A stretch of 64,000 bases of DNA from the NCBI GenBank assembly GCA_904063045.1, contig CAJFCJ010000014.1, positions 1,175,643 to 1,239,642 on the forward strand. The letters run 5' to 3'. A model generated the notes under the pieces. The model saw only the letters and a list, made by a program, of their open reading frames with translations, was not told where the DNA came from and made no database searches. The stretch is from Dimorphilus gyrociliatus. Lineage: Eukaryota; Animalia; Annelida. The translations under genes were made by a program, and so were the position numbers. This document shows positions 49,002 to 62,102 of the stretch, in pieces (positions within the stretch are counted from its first letter, which is position 1; each line of letters starts with the position of its first letter).

Positions 49002-50322
49002 CGGGAATAAAGTGTGGTTTGAAGCCTAATTTCACAAAGTTGTGGTTATAAAATATGAGGAATGGTTTTCAAGCGAGGTAGGAATTTTAGTTAATACTAT
49101 ATAAATTTAATTTAAAAATATATATATAGTTTATTTTATTGGTAAATAAAAAAAGATGACAAAAATTGATTGTATTATTTAAAACAAGGCATCGTCTGCT
49201 ATATGAGAAAAAACAGAACAGGTACAACAGGAAGTAGAACAAATGGCGCAAAATTCAAAAAATTTCGCAAAAGTAATTTTGCATATATATCTAACTTTAC
49301 ACATTATTAACATCAATATATGATCCATAGTATTTACATCTGCTATTTACACACCTTTAAATCATTAGTGTGTATAAATTTGTACTGTATATTTGTAAAT
49401 TTGTAAATTTTAAACAACTGCTTTAATTCATTCTTTTCACTTTTCTCAAAAATTCAACTCTACGATTTTTGAGCGCCATTTGCTTTTTTTGATTATATTT
49501 AACCTAAATAGTCTGTTTATTAATATGTAATAAAATAATAATAGTAATATTGAGACGTTATCTGTCTAAAAAGTCTATATCTTAATGGAGGATTCTATTC
49601 AGCTAGTTTTTCTATTAAATAGCTCTATTTAAGAAAAGAATTATTAAACTTTCCTATAGGTTGTTTGTATATATTTATATTAATATAAAGATATATAAAT
49701 TAATCCTGTCATAATTGTGAATAGAAAGCCTTTTCGTTTTGTATTTTTGAATATTTGAAGTAGTACTAAAAATGACTGCTAAGAGGCTCTCTTTTATTAA
49801 CAAAAGAGATTTCTTTCCTTTTATCAAAACGCTTCTGATTTGAATATTTTCTATATTCGTTATATGTTAATTAGTTTAATTAGTTTAAAATTAAAATATT
49901 TCTTTTCTTAGCTAGTCAATAATTTATCTAATTATCTTAGAATATCTCTATTAGTTTTCATAAGATATTTCATTTTGTATAGTAATTAGATTCGTTTAAA
50001 TTATTTAATGAATTAAAATAGCTATTATCAAATAGTTGTGCGTTTAACAAACAGGATTGAAAGCACTTTACAAAAGTTTACATAATGTTTTAAAAATTTT
50101 AACCAATAGATGTCGCCAGTACTGTTGATAAACTGGTATCCAATTGCTATTGTCAATATTAGTGAAAACAGTTTTGTAAAGAGATCGGAGCCAAGATCCA
50201 GGCCAGTTCGTTTTGCACCTTCAAGGAGGTCTGACTATTCTAACGAAAAAACCAGGTTTTTCGGACTAACAACCGGGTATTAGTAAATTTCTTTTTTACC
50301 GCCGCATGGCGGTTCGTGCGAA

Positions 50323-53300
50323 ATGGAAAATTTGATTCCCAATATACGCAAACTTGGTAAACAACCCATTCTTCGCCGAAAGAGTAAACATGTTCCATTA
50401 GCTGACAGAGTAAGTTGAAAAATTTTCATGAATTGAATAACTTTGAGTTGAATGGTAAAAAAGGAAATTGATTTCAGGCCTGTTTAGAGAGAGTTCTCGG
50501 CTTGACGGTCACAAACGGCGCCTGTCTAGCGGCTGCTTGCGACGATGGACAGCTGGCGTACACTGCTGGTTGCGTTCTGGTTTTATATGACTCAAAAACG
50601 GATGCACAAAGACACGTTATTAATCATGCACGAAAAATTTTGACCTGCGTTGCTTTCAGTCCAGACGGACGAAATTTGGCTACAGGCGAAAGTGGCCATG
50701 ATCCTCATGCTCGCGTCTGGTCAAAAGCGGATCTACAATGTGTCGCTTCTCTTGGCCCTCTCCATAAGTTTAGCATTAACTGTGTTGTGTGGGCAGGTAA
50801 CGATATGCTAGTTTCAGTTGGATCCCAGAACGATCAGCTGGTTACCGTCTGGCAATGGCAAACAGGTAAAGAAATAGCCTCTAACAAGGTCGCTTCAAGG
50901 GTGGTCGACGCCGCTGTGCACGATAACACTCTTGTAACTGTAGGATCTAGGCACGTAAAGTTCTGGTATTTAGGAGATGGTACCCGAGCAGAAAAGAAGG
51001 TATTGTACGGTCGAAATGCTCTTTTAGGAGATGTAAAAGATAATCACTTTGTTGGTGTTCGATGGAATGGTCCTTCCACAGTTTTCGTTCTTACGAAATC
51101 TGCCAAATTTTGTCAAATTGACGCTATCAAGAGAATTATTGTTAAATGGGTTGATGTTCGCGCATCTTCAGGACTTTGCTTAGATATAAATGACCAATGT
51201 GCTTATGTTGGTTGTAACGATGGCATTGTAAGGGTGTTCAGCTGCGATCTAAACTTTATATGTACTTTACCAAGCCCCCATCCTCTAGACGTTGACGTTG
51301 CCTCAAAAATACCAATTCAAACTAGTGATAAATATCCGGACGCAATTGCAGTTCGACAGCATATTGTCAGAGAGAATGGAGAAAAACGTCGGCTAGTGAG
51401 TGTTGTCTATAAGGACAGAAGTTTATATGTTTGGGATATGTCAGATATGAGACGAGGGGTTGGAAAGAAAAGGTCTCATCTCTTTCACTCTGCAGCAGTA
51501 AATGGCATAGATGTATATAATTCAAGTTTTTATACTGTCTCCGGTGATGGAACTTTAAGAGTTTGGACTCTTGACTCGATGTGTGCATCACAAAATATAT
51601 ATAGTAAACATTTATTGAAAATAGTACGTGTTCTACCTGAATCAGAAGGTGCAGCTAAAACTATTGCTTTTGCTGAAGATGGACTTCAGGTAGCTGTCGG
51701 AGATAAAGTTGGTAATATTCATATATACGATACTAAGAGTTGGGAAAAAGTAACCTCATTAGAAGCTCATGACTCAGAAGTTCTTGCACTAAGCTTTGTA
51801 AACCATAAGGGTTTACGGCTGCTGGCTTCAGGATCACGTGACAGAATGCTCCATGTCTTCCATAGAGATCAAAACTACGGTTTAGTAGCCACTCAAATAG
51901 ATCACTCAGCTGCTGTTCAAGGTGTCTTATGGGCAAAGTGTGGAGATGAATTAAAATTAATCTCTTGCTCAGCAGATCGTTCTCTTTTATTTAGAACATT
52001 GAATGTTGACAAACAGACGGGAACAATTGATTTTACTTTAGATAAATATGAAGCTGGAAAAGCAACTTTCTACAACCTGCAGTTAGACAGTAATAAAAAC
52101 CACTTGTTGGCTGCCTGCAATGATAGAACTATCAGAGTTTATAGCATTAGAAGTGGCAAATTGAAAAGAAGCTTGAAAGTAGCAGACGATTGCTCATCAG
52201 TTACGCGTCTACAAACGGACAAGGGAACTTGTAGTGTTATGGCTGTTGTTACAGGTGATAAAACTGTAGAATTACGAGATTCCCATACGGGAGAATGTTG
52301 GGCTGTATTGTGCGGTCACGCAGAACAAGTTTCAGACGTTGCATTCTTACCAGACAATAAGCGCCTTGTCACGGTTGGTGCCGACGGAGTTATCTTAGTG
52401 TGGACTTTACCAACAGAAGTCTCACATACACTAAGATCGAAATCATTAAAAGCGAAAAAGTCGCCTATATCAAACAAAAATGAGATAGCCTCTCCTTCAG
52501 GTAGATTAATGCCGAATATTGACGAAGTTCTCGCTTCCCTCTCTCCAAAAGTTATTTTAAAACCAGAAGATCCTAGTAGTGCAGTTTTACCATCTTGGGC
52601 ACAAAGAGCTGTCGATAATAATGCAACTGGAACTCCTCGATCAAAATGGAAAAGAAATAGTGAACCTATTAGACCAGCATCTGCCCCTATAGTAGTGGCT
52701 GATAGCGGAAGTGACGATGACAGCGAATCTGAATCAATAGATGTCCCGGAGATGCATTCGTCCGAATCTGACGATGCTGTAGAGGTAGAAACAGTTGATG
52801 ATAATGAAGTAGTATATCTACCTCAAAGATCAGATTCTGCTAAGTATGATGTTCATTCAAATTCTCCTGACGCAGAAACTTTTAATAGTGACGACTCTGC
52901 TCCGTCTACCCCTTCTTCGTTGCTACCACCTCCCAGGGAGCAACAGGAAGACACTCCTCTTGATCCATCAAGATTAAGTATCTCAGCTCGTGTTCTATTA
53001 GCTGCCTCCCAGGCAAATAATGCTCAACAATCACCTCCATCACCTACAAATAAGCCTACTGCTGCTCGTCGAAGGTCAGTGAATAACAGTAAACAATCTT
53101 CCTATGCAGCACCAACTTCTGCTTCACTTCAAAAGTCTTCACGCTCAGGAAGCACCATGTCAGTTAATAAAACTTCAACAATGACTTCTAGACGGAGGTC
53201 TCGAGGAACTGGCGATGGTTCTGCTACGGTTACCGCAGCTAAATCCACCCCAAATTTGTTTGACGCTGTTGAGGCAGAGAAGGATGACAAAGCCCTCAGC

Positions 53301-54362
53301 GCACAACGGTATGACTCTTTCGTGAAAAAAGCATTAGCTACAACCAGGCGAGAAGTATCCATTGAAGAAACGAAAGAAATGCTCAAGAAAAGGTCAATAC
53401 AACCCGCTCGAGGACCTCTGGCAGCTGCTCGAAAGCCTATGAGCACTGGCCAAGCGGATGAACCCCGAGAGGGCGAACCAGATGACCCTGCACCTATTCA
53501 ATTGACACCTCCATCAACAAGCTCAACAAATTCGAGTACTAGTCCATCACCCATTAAAGCACCATTAAGCGGAGACTCTTCAAAAACATTCCGACCATTA
53601 TCAATTTGGGCTTCAAACTCGTCACCTAGTAATTCTGACAGAAATACACCGAATGGGGACTCATCCCCACCGAAAACTTATTCTGCATGGAGAACTAGAA
53701 ATAAAGATGAATCGCCCACCAAACACAGAGTTTACAGTTGGAAAAATTCGGATGACGAAACTAACGACTCTGACTCAGTTAAAAGGATAGTAACTAATAG
53801 TGTAGTCTCAAATTCTCCAGCTTCTGTTATGGTTACTAAAAGTGAAACGAATGAAACTGTAGATAAATCGAAATTTATTACGTTTAATCGTGGTAGTACC
53901 GGCAGCGCCAGCCTATCATCCCCTCAAAAAAACTTGAGCAATAACGTTACGAAACCTGATTTACCAAATACATCGTTTGTATCTTGCAGAAGTAGTCTAT
54001 CTTTGGAAGGAGAAGAGGCAGCGGCAGAAGGAGATAATGATGATGACGATGATGACGATGGTGATGTCATTATTGAAAAGAGTCCCCCACTGCCTAGTAC
54101 CCCTGTCCCTCTTAGGAAGATAACTTCAGAAAGTTTGAAAGATGCAATGAATCTAATAGAACGTGCCATCGATTTCTGTAAAGACGATAAAAAGGAAGAA
54201 GTTGAAAGTCGAACGCGAATGAAAGGCGTTTTAAAATTAATTAGTACTAAATTATACAGAGAAGGCTTTTGCTCAGATATTCAAATAGTGAACGACAAAC
54301 TAAACGCAATAGAATTGATGTGTTCGGATTTAAAGAAAGAGTTAGTACTGCCAAATGACTGA
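50323..54362 (+). CDS. MAPKBP1: MAPKBP1/WDR62 WD40-repeat protein, 2 exons
   Basis: LERVLGLTVT, LATGESGHDP, LVSVGSQND, VTVGSRHVKFW, LLASGSRDR, GHAEQV...LVTVGADGVILVW, then a long Ser/Pro-rich tail. Short first exon from ATG 50323. Confidence 0.9.
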
Positions 54363-55032
54363 TCATTAGGAACTTGAACAATTCTTTTCAGTTTTTAATC
54401 CGGGTATTTATCTCTTGAAAAAGAACTCTTTAACATAAAAAGTATGGATTTTTTAGTTAAAAAAAGGATTTCTCTGTATATTAACATTATTATTCTTAAT
54501 TTTTTAAGAATCTAACTGAATACTGCTGGATAAATAGAATAGATTAACGAAGAAAAAAATAAAAACTGCTGTAAAATAATTGTTACGGAGTGAATTCACA
54601 TTCTGTCTCCAGCTTTCTCTCTCTTTCCCTCCCTCTATTAATCTATCTATCTAACTACCTTTCTAAAGTATTTCAGAATGTGCTTGCTTGTTTAATATAT
54701 ATATAAATAGGAGCCGATTAGAGCTCTCTGTCAACATCAGTGCACTAGTATTCATTTATTATAATCTTTTTACAATTAATGACAAGCATACTGGATTTAT
54801 CCTTTTGTAAACTAATTTTTAATGCATAAAAAATTCAACGCAATATTTTCTTAATTTAAACGACGGCATATATCGTATTTACTTCTATTTAAATAGACGA
54901 AATGAGCGTTCCTTTACCTGTTGCTTGTTCAAAACACTTCTTTTTGTAATACTTATTCAAATTTTCCAATTGATATTTATATAAACAATATTGATTGTTT
55001 ACATTTTCCTTTATTGTTTACTATGAAAGACA

Positions 55033-56609
55033 ATGAGAAACTTACTACTCTGCCCTAAAGATTTAGCCCCTAGTTTCTTTTCACTTTTCCTCTTAGAACT
55101 AATTAGTAATCAATGTCATACGGCACACTTTCGCATGGATTTTAGGATAAGAGGATATTCATTTAAAAAGAATGCCGGCTGTGATACGGCTAGTTCTGGT
55201 ATTAAAATATTTTACTATCATATGATCAATAATAGCTTAATTAAACCTTTCTATGGGATTGATTACAGAGCATGCACGCTGCGATCCATATTTCAGAGTG
55301 TTTTGTATAGGTTCATGCCCATTCAAATTGGAAAAATGCCAATGCGAATATTATAAAACTGCAGAGACTTATAGCAAAAGTAACATTTGGTCAAGATGGT
55401 ATGGTTTAACGTTCGCAAACCGTCCAAATCCTTTTAAAATACCCTTAATTAAAAAAAAAAGTGTTTACCTATATGCTTCTTTATACGATGAAGATATTAA
55501 TGGAGAAGAACTAATAGAAGAATTCTCACATAATTTTACTATAAATAGAAGCATTGAATACAATCAAATAATCATCAATGGAAGTAGAGTAAATTTACAT
55601 CTATATGTCAAGGTTTTTTACGAATAGCCATAGTTTTCTTTACTACTTATTAAAACCAATTAATTATGCTCTTTCCTATTTTATTTACCTGTTAGTTTTC
55701 GTGTTCTCGTAATTATTATGGATTAAATTGCAATACGGTTTGTAAGCCTTCTTCATACACAGGAGAAGTTTGCGAAAAGGCCTCAGGAGCCCTAGTATGC
55801 CCTACAAATGGAAAACGTTTTTATGGCCGATATTATCAGAATTGTTATAATCAACAGGTTGATTGATAATTCTTAGATCGTTTATAAAAACATTCTTATT
55901 TGTTTTAGGAAGAAACGTTAAATCGGGTTAGAGAATGGAAATATATTAAGAATATTCGATCTAAAGTGAAGAATAAATATTTTACGCTTCATGAAATAAA
56001 GTTTGTTTTTGACAAACATAGTAGAGTTTGTAAACGTAAAGGTAACGTAAAATAATTTAATCTAAGACATCAACTAATTAGACAAAGTTCATAAATGAAG
56101 ATAGGACGAATAGAGAAGGATTTTGCGGTATTTTTTTCCCATTTCTCTGCATTGGTTTATACTGCGATTGCAGTTTTCTAAGATTATTGAAATTAAGATC
56201 GAAAATAGTCTACTATAGATATTACAACCGTAAATCAATTTACACAATCTATTATTCAAAGAGATTAAAGATACCTGGAAGATATATCCATCTTAAAGGT
56301 GTTTTTATTGATACAAGTAATTCAAGTGATTCGATTATTAGTAAATTTTGTATCGACATCTCTACTGGGGATAATTACATTTCACAAAGAAAAGTACTCA
56401 GATATAAACAATTTCACTTGTACATTGGCTATAAGGTTTGTATTGCTTATTTCTCTCTTTCCTTCCTTCTTTCCTCCCTCCCTCCCCAATTTAATCATCT
56501 ATGTATTTATGATAATGATAATTCCGTTTTTGTTTTGATATATAGGCCTATCTATCATATAAATCTATGACTTTTTTCTTTCTTATCTCAATAGATTGTT
56601 CCGGTTTGA
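55033..56609 (+). CDS. Delta/Serrate-like N-terminal (MNNL/C2) + DSL protein with a second C2-like module, no EGF repeats or TM helix
   Basis: AHFRMDFRIRGY...GC...RCDPYFRVFC...NPFKIPL...YASLYDEDINGEELIEEF...LHLYVK|FSCSRNYYGLNCNTVCKP...C...G...C...FYG...C aligns motif by motif with the Delta MNNL-DSL region. The 5' and 3' ends are uncertain. Confidence 0.65.
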
Positions 56610-56955
56610 AGAATAGAGAATGAAGTGTAAACCTATTTAATAACTTTACTCTATCAAAAGAGCGATTGTTTAAATGAATCTTCTTTCATAGTGGAAAAAA
56701 ACTATTAAACTGTGATGAATTTTTCTTCCCTTGCTCTCCTTTCTCTCTCTCTCTCTCTCTCTTCCTGTAATTTTGTTTTTACATCATGCCAAATATATAA
56801 AGTAGGCTTAGAACATTAACAGGCTCATTATTAACCATATTTACTTTTCAATACAACTCGACTTTTTTTTTTATTATCGAAAAACAACGCCGCATAAAAC
56901 TAGGCTGTTTAATAAACAGCAGCGTTGGCCGCTTAGATACGGTCGGTCGTCAAAC

Positions 56956-58168
56956 ATGGCTCCGGTAAAACGTCCGTTTACGTGAGTTTATCTTATTTTC
57001 TTTTATAATCGTTCAAAATAAGTTTTTTTCTCTTGAAATGAAATCATCTAGAAAGTACCGAAAGAAGCGTGCAGCCCAAAAATTTTCACCGGAAGAGCTT
57101 CATCATAAAATAGGCGTGGTTTACGACCATGTGTAAGTTTTTATCTAGTTTAGTAAAGTATGAAAAGTAGTTTTTGTCTATATTCTATAAATTTATAAAT
57201 ATATTTATCTATACAAATTTAACAGATCAATGATACTACAATTCATCATCAAATTTACAGTATGCACCATTATAGTTTTATATACTGTAATTGCAATAGG
57301 TCTAATTTGTATTCCATCTATTTTACCACGAATAATACTGCTCAATGATATTCGTATTCCGTTTTATACGGATTTAACAAAACCGGAGCTATTGGGCTTG
57401 AATTCTACAAAGAATTTATATATTGAAACTGAGGATGGACGGCGTTTAGGAGCTTGGTATAGCTACTCTGGAAAAACATTTAAGGAAAGCTTTCATGACA
57501 ACCGGCCGGCTTTTTTATATTTACACGGCAGAGAAGGAACAAGAGCTGTTCAACACAGAATTGATCTTTATGAAAAACTGAGGGAAAATGGGATTCATGT
57601 GCTAGCTCTTGATTATGGATCATTTGCCGATTCCGAAGGCATTCCTGCTGAACAAGCTATAACTCAAGACGCTATGACGGCGTATTACTGGCTAAAGAAT
57701 AGGACTAAATCATCCATATTCATATACGGTCATTCTTTAGGAACGGCTGTGGCCGTGTCGGCTGCGGCACGCATACCAAAAGAATTAAAGCCCGACGGCA
57801 TTATTCTACAATCTCCATTTAATAAATTAGATGAGGCGTTTACTCAGCATCCAATGGGTAGGCCGTTAACTTGGATACCACCAATCGCTCATTTATTCGT
57901 CTCAACACTTCGTTCCCAAAATATTACATTTTCAACTGAAAGTAAAATTAGCGATGTTCAATCTCCAATTATTATCCTTCATGCTCAAGATGATCGTTCC
58001 GTTCCTATTCACCTTGGAGAGAAGTTATATAAAACAGCAAAAGGATGCGGAAAAAGTGTCAAATTTATAGCATTCGATTCGAAAGCCGGCTGCGGACACA
58101 ACTATATTCACGAAGATAAAGACTTTATCAGTATTATCAAAAATTTCATTTCTAACTGCACAAGATAG
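56956..58168 (+). CDS. ABHD12: ABHD12-like alpha/beta hydrolase (lysophosphatidylserine lipase family), 3 exons
   Basis: N-terminal TM helix, LGAWY, FLYLHG, LALDYGSFADS, nucleophile GHSLG, LHAQDD and GHNYI. Confidence 0.88.
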
Positions 58169-58620
58169 AGCTTTTCTCTAGTGCCAATTATCTTATTTAC
58201 ATATTAAAGAAAAGTTCTTTTCTTTCATTTTATTTTTTTTTACTGTGTACACAACGATCTGCTTTTCTTATTTATTGCATAAAAAAAAACAGCATATGTA
58301 TCCCTTGGCTTAGGTTATATTTGTGTAGTTTTTACGGCCATCCATTCAAGTCAATTGAGCCTATTAATAACGTTTAGATATGCCAATAGATGGCCTCACG
58401 TAACGGTGTGAGTTATTATAGATGTCGCTGATCCAGTTTGTCGAAAGATCGGTATTGACCGGTTAACCAACTAATAGAAACCGGTCTTGAGTAATTGAGG
58501 AGTTTCATGAGGGGAGAGGATAATACAAAGATATAACATAAGGTCTTTCGAGCATTATTTTATTCATATATCATTGACTGAAAGATATTAATCAACTGGT
58601 TTTGAAAAGATCTTAATAAT

Positions 58621-60855
58621 ATGGGGAAAAAAACTAGAAGAATTCAATCTATATCTGAGAGGCGAGGTCTTCAGGATGAACTTTTGCGTATTACTGCAAT
58701 GCAAGAAGGTGTTACTAGTGCCAAGCTGGAATGGCAAGCGCACGAACAAACACGTTCCCTAGTCGATAAAATAAGAAATCTAGAGGCGACCTTTGAACGG
58801 CCAACCACGCCGAGAAAGGAGCGCATGGAAGCGCTACTGGAGTGGGCAAAGGATTCGCTAAAGATTGATGTATCGAGCATAAAAATTGAAGAAAATGAAA
58901 AGAAAGGATTTGGTTTTGTTGCCTCTAGGGATATGGCCGAGAATGAGGTAATTTTGACAATTCCCGATAACTACTTTTTGAAACTGCCTAGAAATGGTCC
59001 AGTGGCAAAATTCATTAGTCAGGATAAGATGCTCATCTTTATGCCAAACGTGGCTTTAGCAGTTTATCTATTAAGCGAATATTTCAATAAAAAGTCGTTT
59101 TGGAAAGTATACTTCGGTAAATAACATTGTATAAGTATTAAATTTCATTTGTAATAAACAATCATTTTTGTTCCCCTCTCTCCATCCTAACCAGATGCTC
59201 TTCCCGATTCGTTTGATACAGTATTGTATTGGTCCGACGAAGAGTTAAAAAGACTCAAGGGTTCAGTAGCATTCGGTAAAATTACTACACTATACTATAA
59301 AATCTATTGATTTAAAAAATTTTATCACTTTTATCTTTCCAAATAAATCTATTATCTATTTCGATTTATTATAGGTGAAGCAATAAAGCTATATCGAAAT
59401 ATTGCAAGACAGTACGCTTATCTATCAAAAGTCCTGCAGGTATGTATATACAAATGATGCAATAATACACGTTTCAAGATAATATACACAGTATATATAT
59501 ATATATATATATATCTATATATATCTATATATATATACAGTATGTATTTTATATATTTTATCTATATCTATATTTATATATATATTATATCTATTTATAG
59601 TACAGTTTATATTTTATGCATAAAAATAATTTTCCTTCTTTTTTTCACACATGTTCTATTGTTTTTTGCTGTAACAATTCGTCACGCTTTTGCCATTTCA
59701 GGCTTATGGTGATCCACAGCTCCCATTAATCTCTTATGATCAATACAGGTATTTGGGATGCTAGTTACTGTTTCTCTTGCTTTTATAGATCACTATCATA
59801 ATTATAATTATTGTAATTATTATTATTATTATTACTACCACTATTATTATTATTTAAACAGATATTTAAATCATACAGTATAAGTGAATTGTTTGTCTTT
59901 ATAATAAACAGATCTATATTGATATTCTCTTAATGTATTGTTTTTTAATCCTTTATTTTAGATGGGCCGTTTCAGTAATTATGACTAGACAAAATGCTTT
60001 AAATCCTGAAGCTTTTAATACTGCACTTGTTCCCTTGTGGGATAACTGTAATCATGAAGTTAATGCAGTAGCCAGTACGGATTATGTAATTGCTAAAGAA
60101 AAGATGGATCATGGTTACGCCGAATGTCATCTTACGCAGGCTGTAAAAGCTGGAAATCCAATTACAATAAACTATGGCAAGAAGCGAATTCTGCAGGATT
60201 TACTTTTACATTGCGGGTTCGTACCAGAGATTACTAATGCGTTGGAGAATCCAATTCGTATAAAACTGGGTGAGTTTGATTGTCTTCTTTAACCTGTTTT
60301 TTTTGTAATCCAAAACGATATTCTCTGAAGGAATTAGCACGGCCGATCGATTGTATGCTAAACGGTTGAAATTACTGGCTCTCTTTGGCTTGGAAGCCTC
60401 TTGTAGCTACGAAATTAGCTGTGACCTTCCTGAGAAGTCTCTGCTATATGTTTTCATTAGGGTGTTCCACATGGATGAAGGTAATCATGTTAAACTGTCG
60501 ATTGATGAACTATAGAGTTTTCTATATTGTTTTACTACTATTTTTTATAGCAACCATCGAAAAATGGCTGGAATCTGATAACTATTCTGTAATATCGATG
60601 CTAGAAGATTCTCCAGCTGGAGAGGAGATTGAACGAAAAGCTTGGAATCTTTTAAAGGAGCGACTATCTTTGATTCTTGCTTCCTACACAACCACCAAGG
60701 ACGAGGATATGGCAGCTGCGAAGTCGGATCAGAATCGTTTGGCATTTGCAACTCGTCTAAAAACGGCCGAAAAATGTGTTTTACAACGGCTAAAAGAAAT
60801 TTGTATTGAGTATATAGAACGTTTGGATAAAGAGATCCCTTCGTTGGAAAAATAA
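58621..60855 (+). CDS. SETD3: SETD3 actin-histidine methyltransferase, multi-exon
   Basis: MGKK start, GFGFVASRD, MPNVALA, RWAVSVIMTRQN, LVPLWDNCNH, INYG...LLLHCGF and a Rubisco-LSMT substrate-binding-like C-terminus. Confidence 0.88.
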
Positions 60856-62102
60856 CGATATAGATGAAACATTTGTTTATTTTTATAAATCCACCATGCC
60901 ATTCAAAACAAAAGTTGTAATGTTTATGATACAAAAATGGACTGTGTATGGAATGGTACGTTTGTTTTTTTGTCTTGACTTGTTTTTGTTTGGCATCTAA
61001 CCAAGTATTGTACGAAAGTTTACGTCTCTATTTAGATTCATATACCTCTTCGTTTGGGCATCCCTTTCTACTTCGATCTCATGAAATCTAAATGGAACTG
61101 AATAATGCTTTCATTACTTTTCAAAACATAAAAACTAGAAAAAAGAGCAAAAACTATTGCCAAGTGGTATTTTACATAATAAACAAAAGAGCTTGTTGAA
61201 TATTTATCTATATTATAGACAAAAGACTATTATTGAGTTATTTTAGCCAAAAAGTCTAAATAAAGACAGAAAATATTGACTTTAATTAAACTATTTAAGA
61301 TTAAGAATGATCAATTCAGTAATGTTTAATAATGCTTTTTTCAAAGCCTACTATCTTTTTTTCAAAAACTGAAGAAATGATAAATCATATCATTCTTTTA
61401 TCATATAATTGTAGGTTTGTTTGAAATGCATATAGCAGAATTCATGATCTATCTCCCCACCGAAATATTCAGAGAATTGCTTACTGATTATTCAATAATA
61501 AGAAATACAATCATATTAGTCAATTATTCATATAAAAAAAGAAGTTATTTATTTAATTAAAAAAGCTTATCATTATATTATTATAATATAATTGATTCTT
61601 TTAAAATATATATTTATATATAGTATATATACAGTATATGTACATGTATATATATATATATATATATACTATATGTATTAGGTGCAATTAAATACTATCA
61701 CCTTGAACACCAGGAAAAAAAATTAGAAAAAAATTCAGCTTTAGTACACTTTTAGTAGTTTTTATAAAAGTTTCTTTTTTTGTTTCTATCTTTTTTTTTC
61801 CATATAATTTAAAACATAAAAAAACGCATGCATAGATAAAAACAAATGCTTTTTGATAAAAATGACTTTCTTCTTAACAGTTTTGTCTATGTTTTTCTTT
61901 CCAACAACAAACATTATTTCGTTAAGTGTTTCATTAAAGACAAAACTGCTATTACTATTATTGTAAGAAAAATTTTACTTATTTAATAATATTAATAATA
62001 ACATATTCGTTCAACTTTTTGGGAGAAAATATTTTAAAATTGAACACGGAGAGAAATTAAAGCCAGACAAAAAAATAAATTAATTTCATCGTATTGGCCT
62101 AT

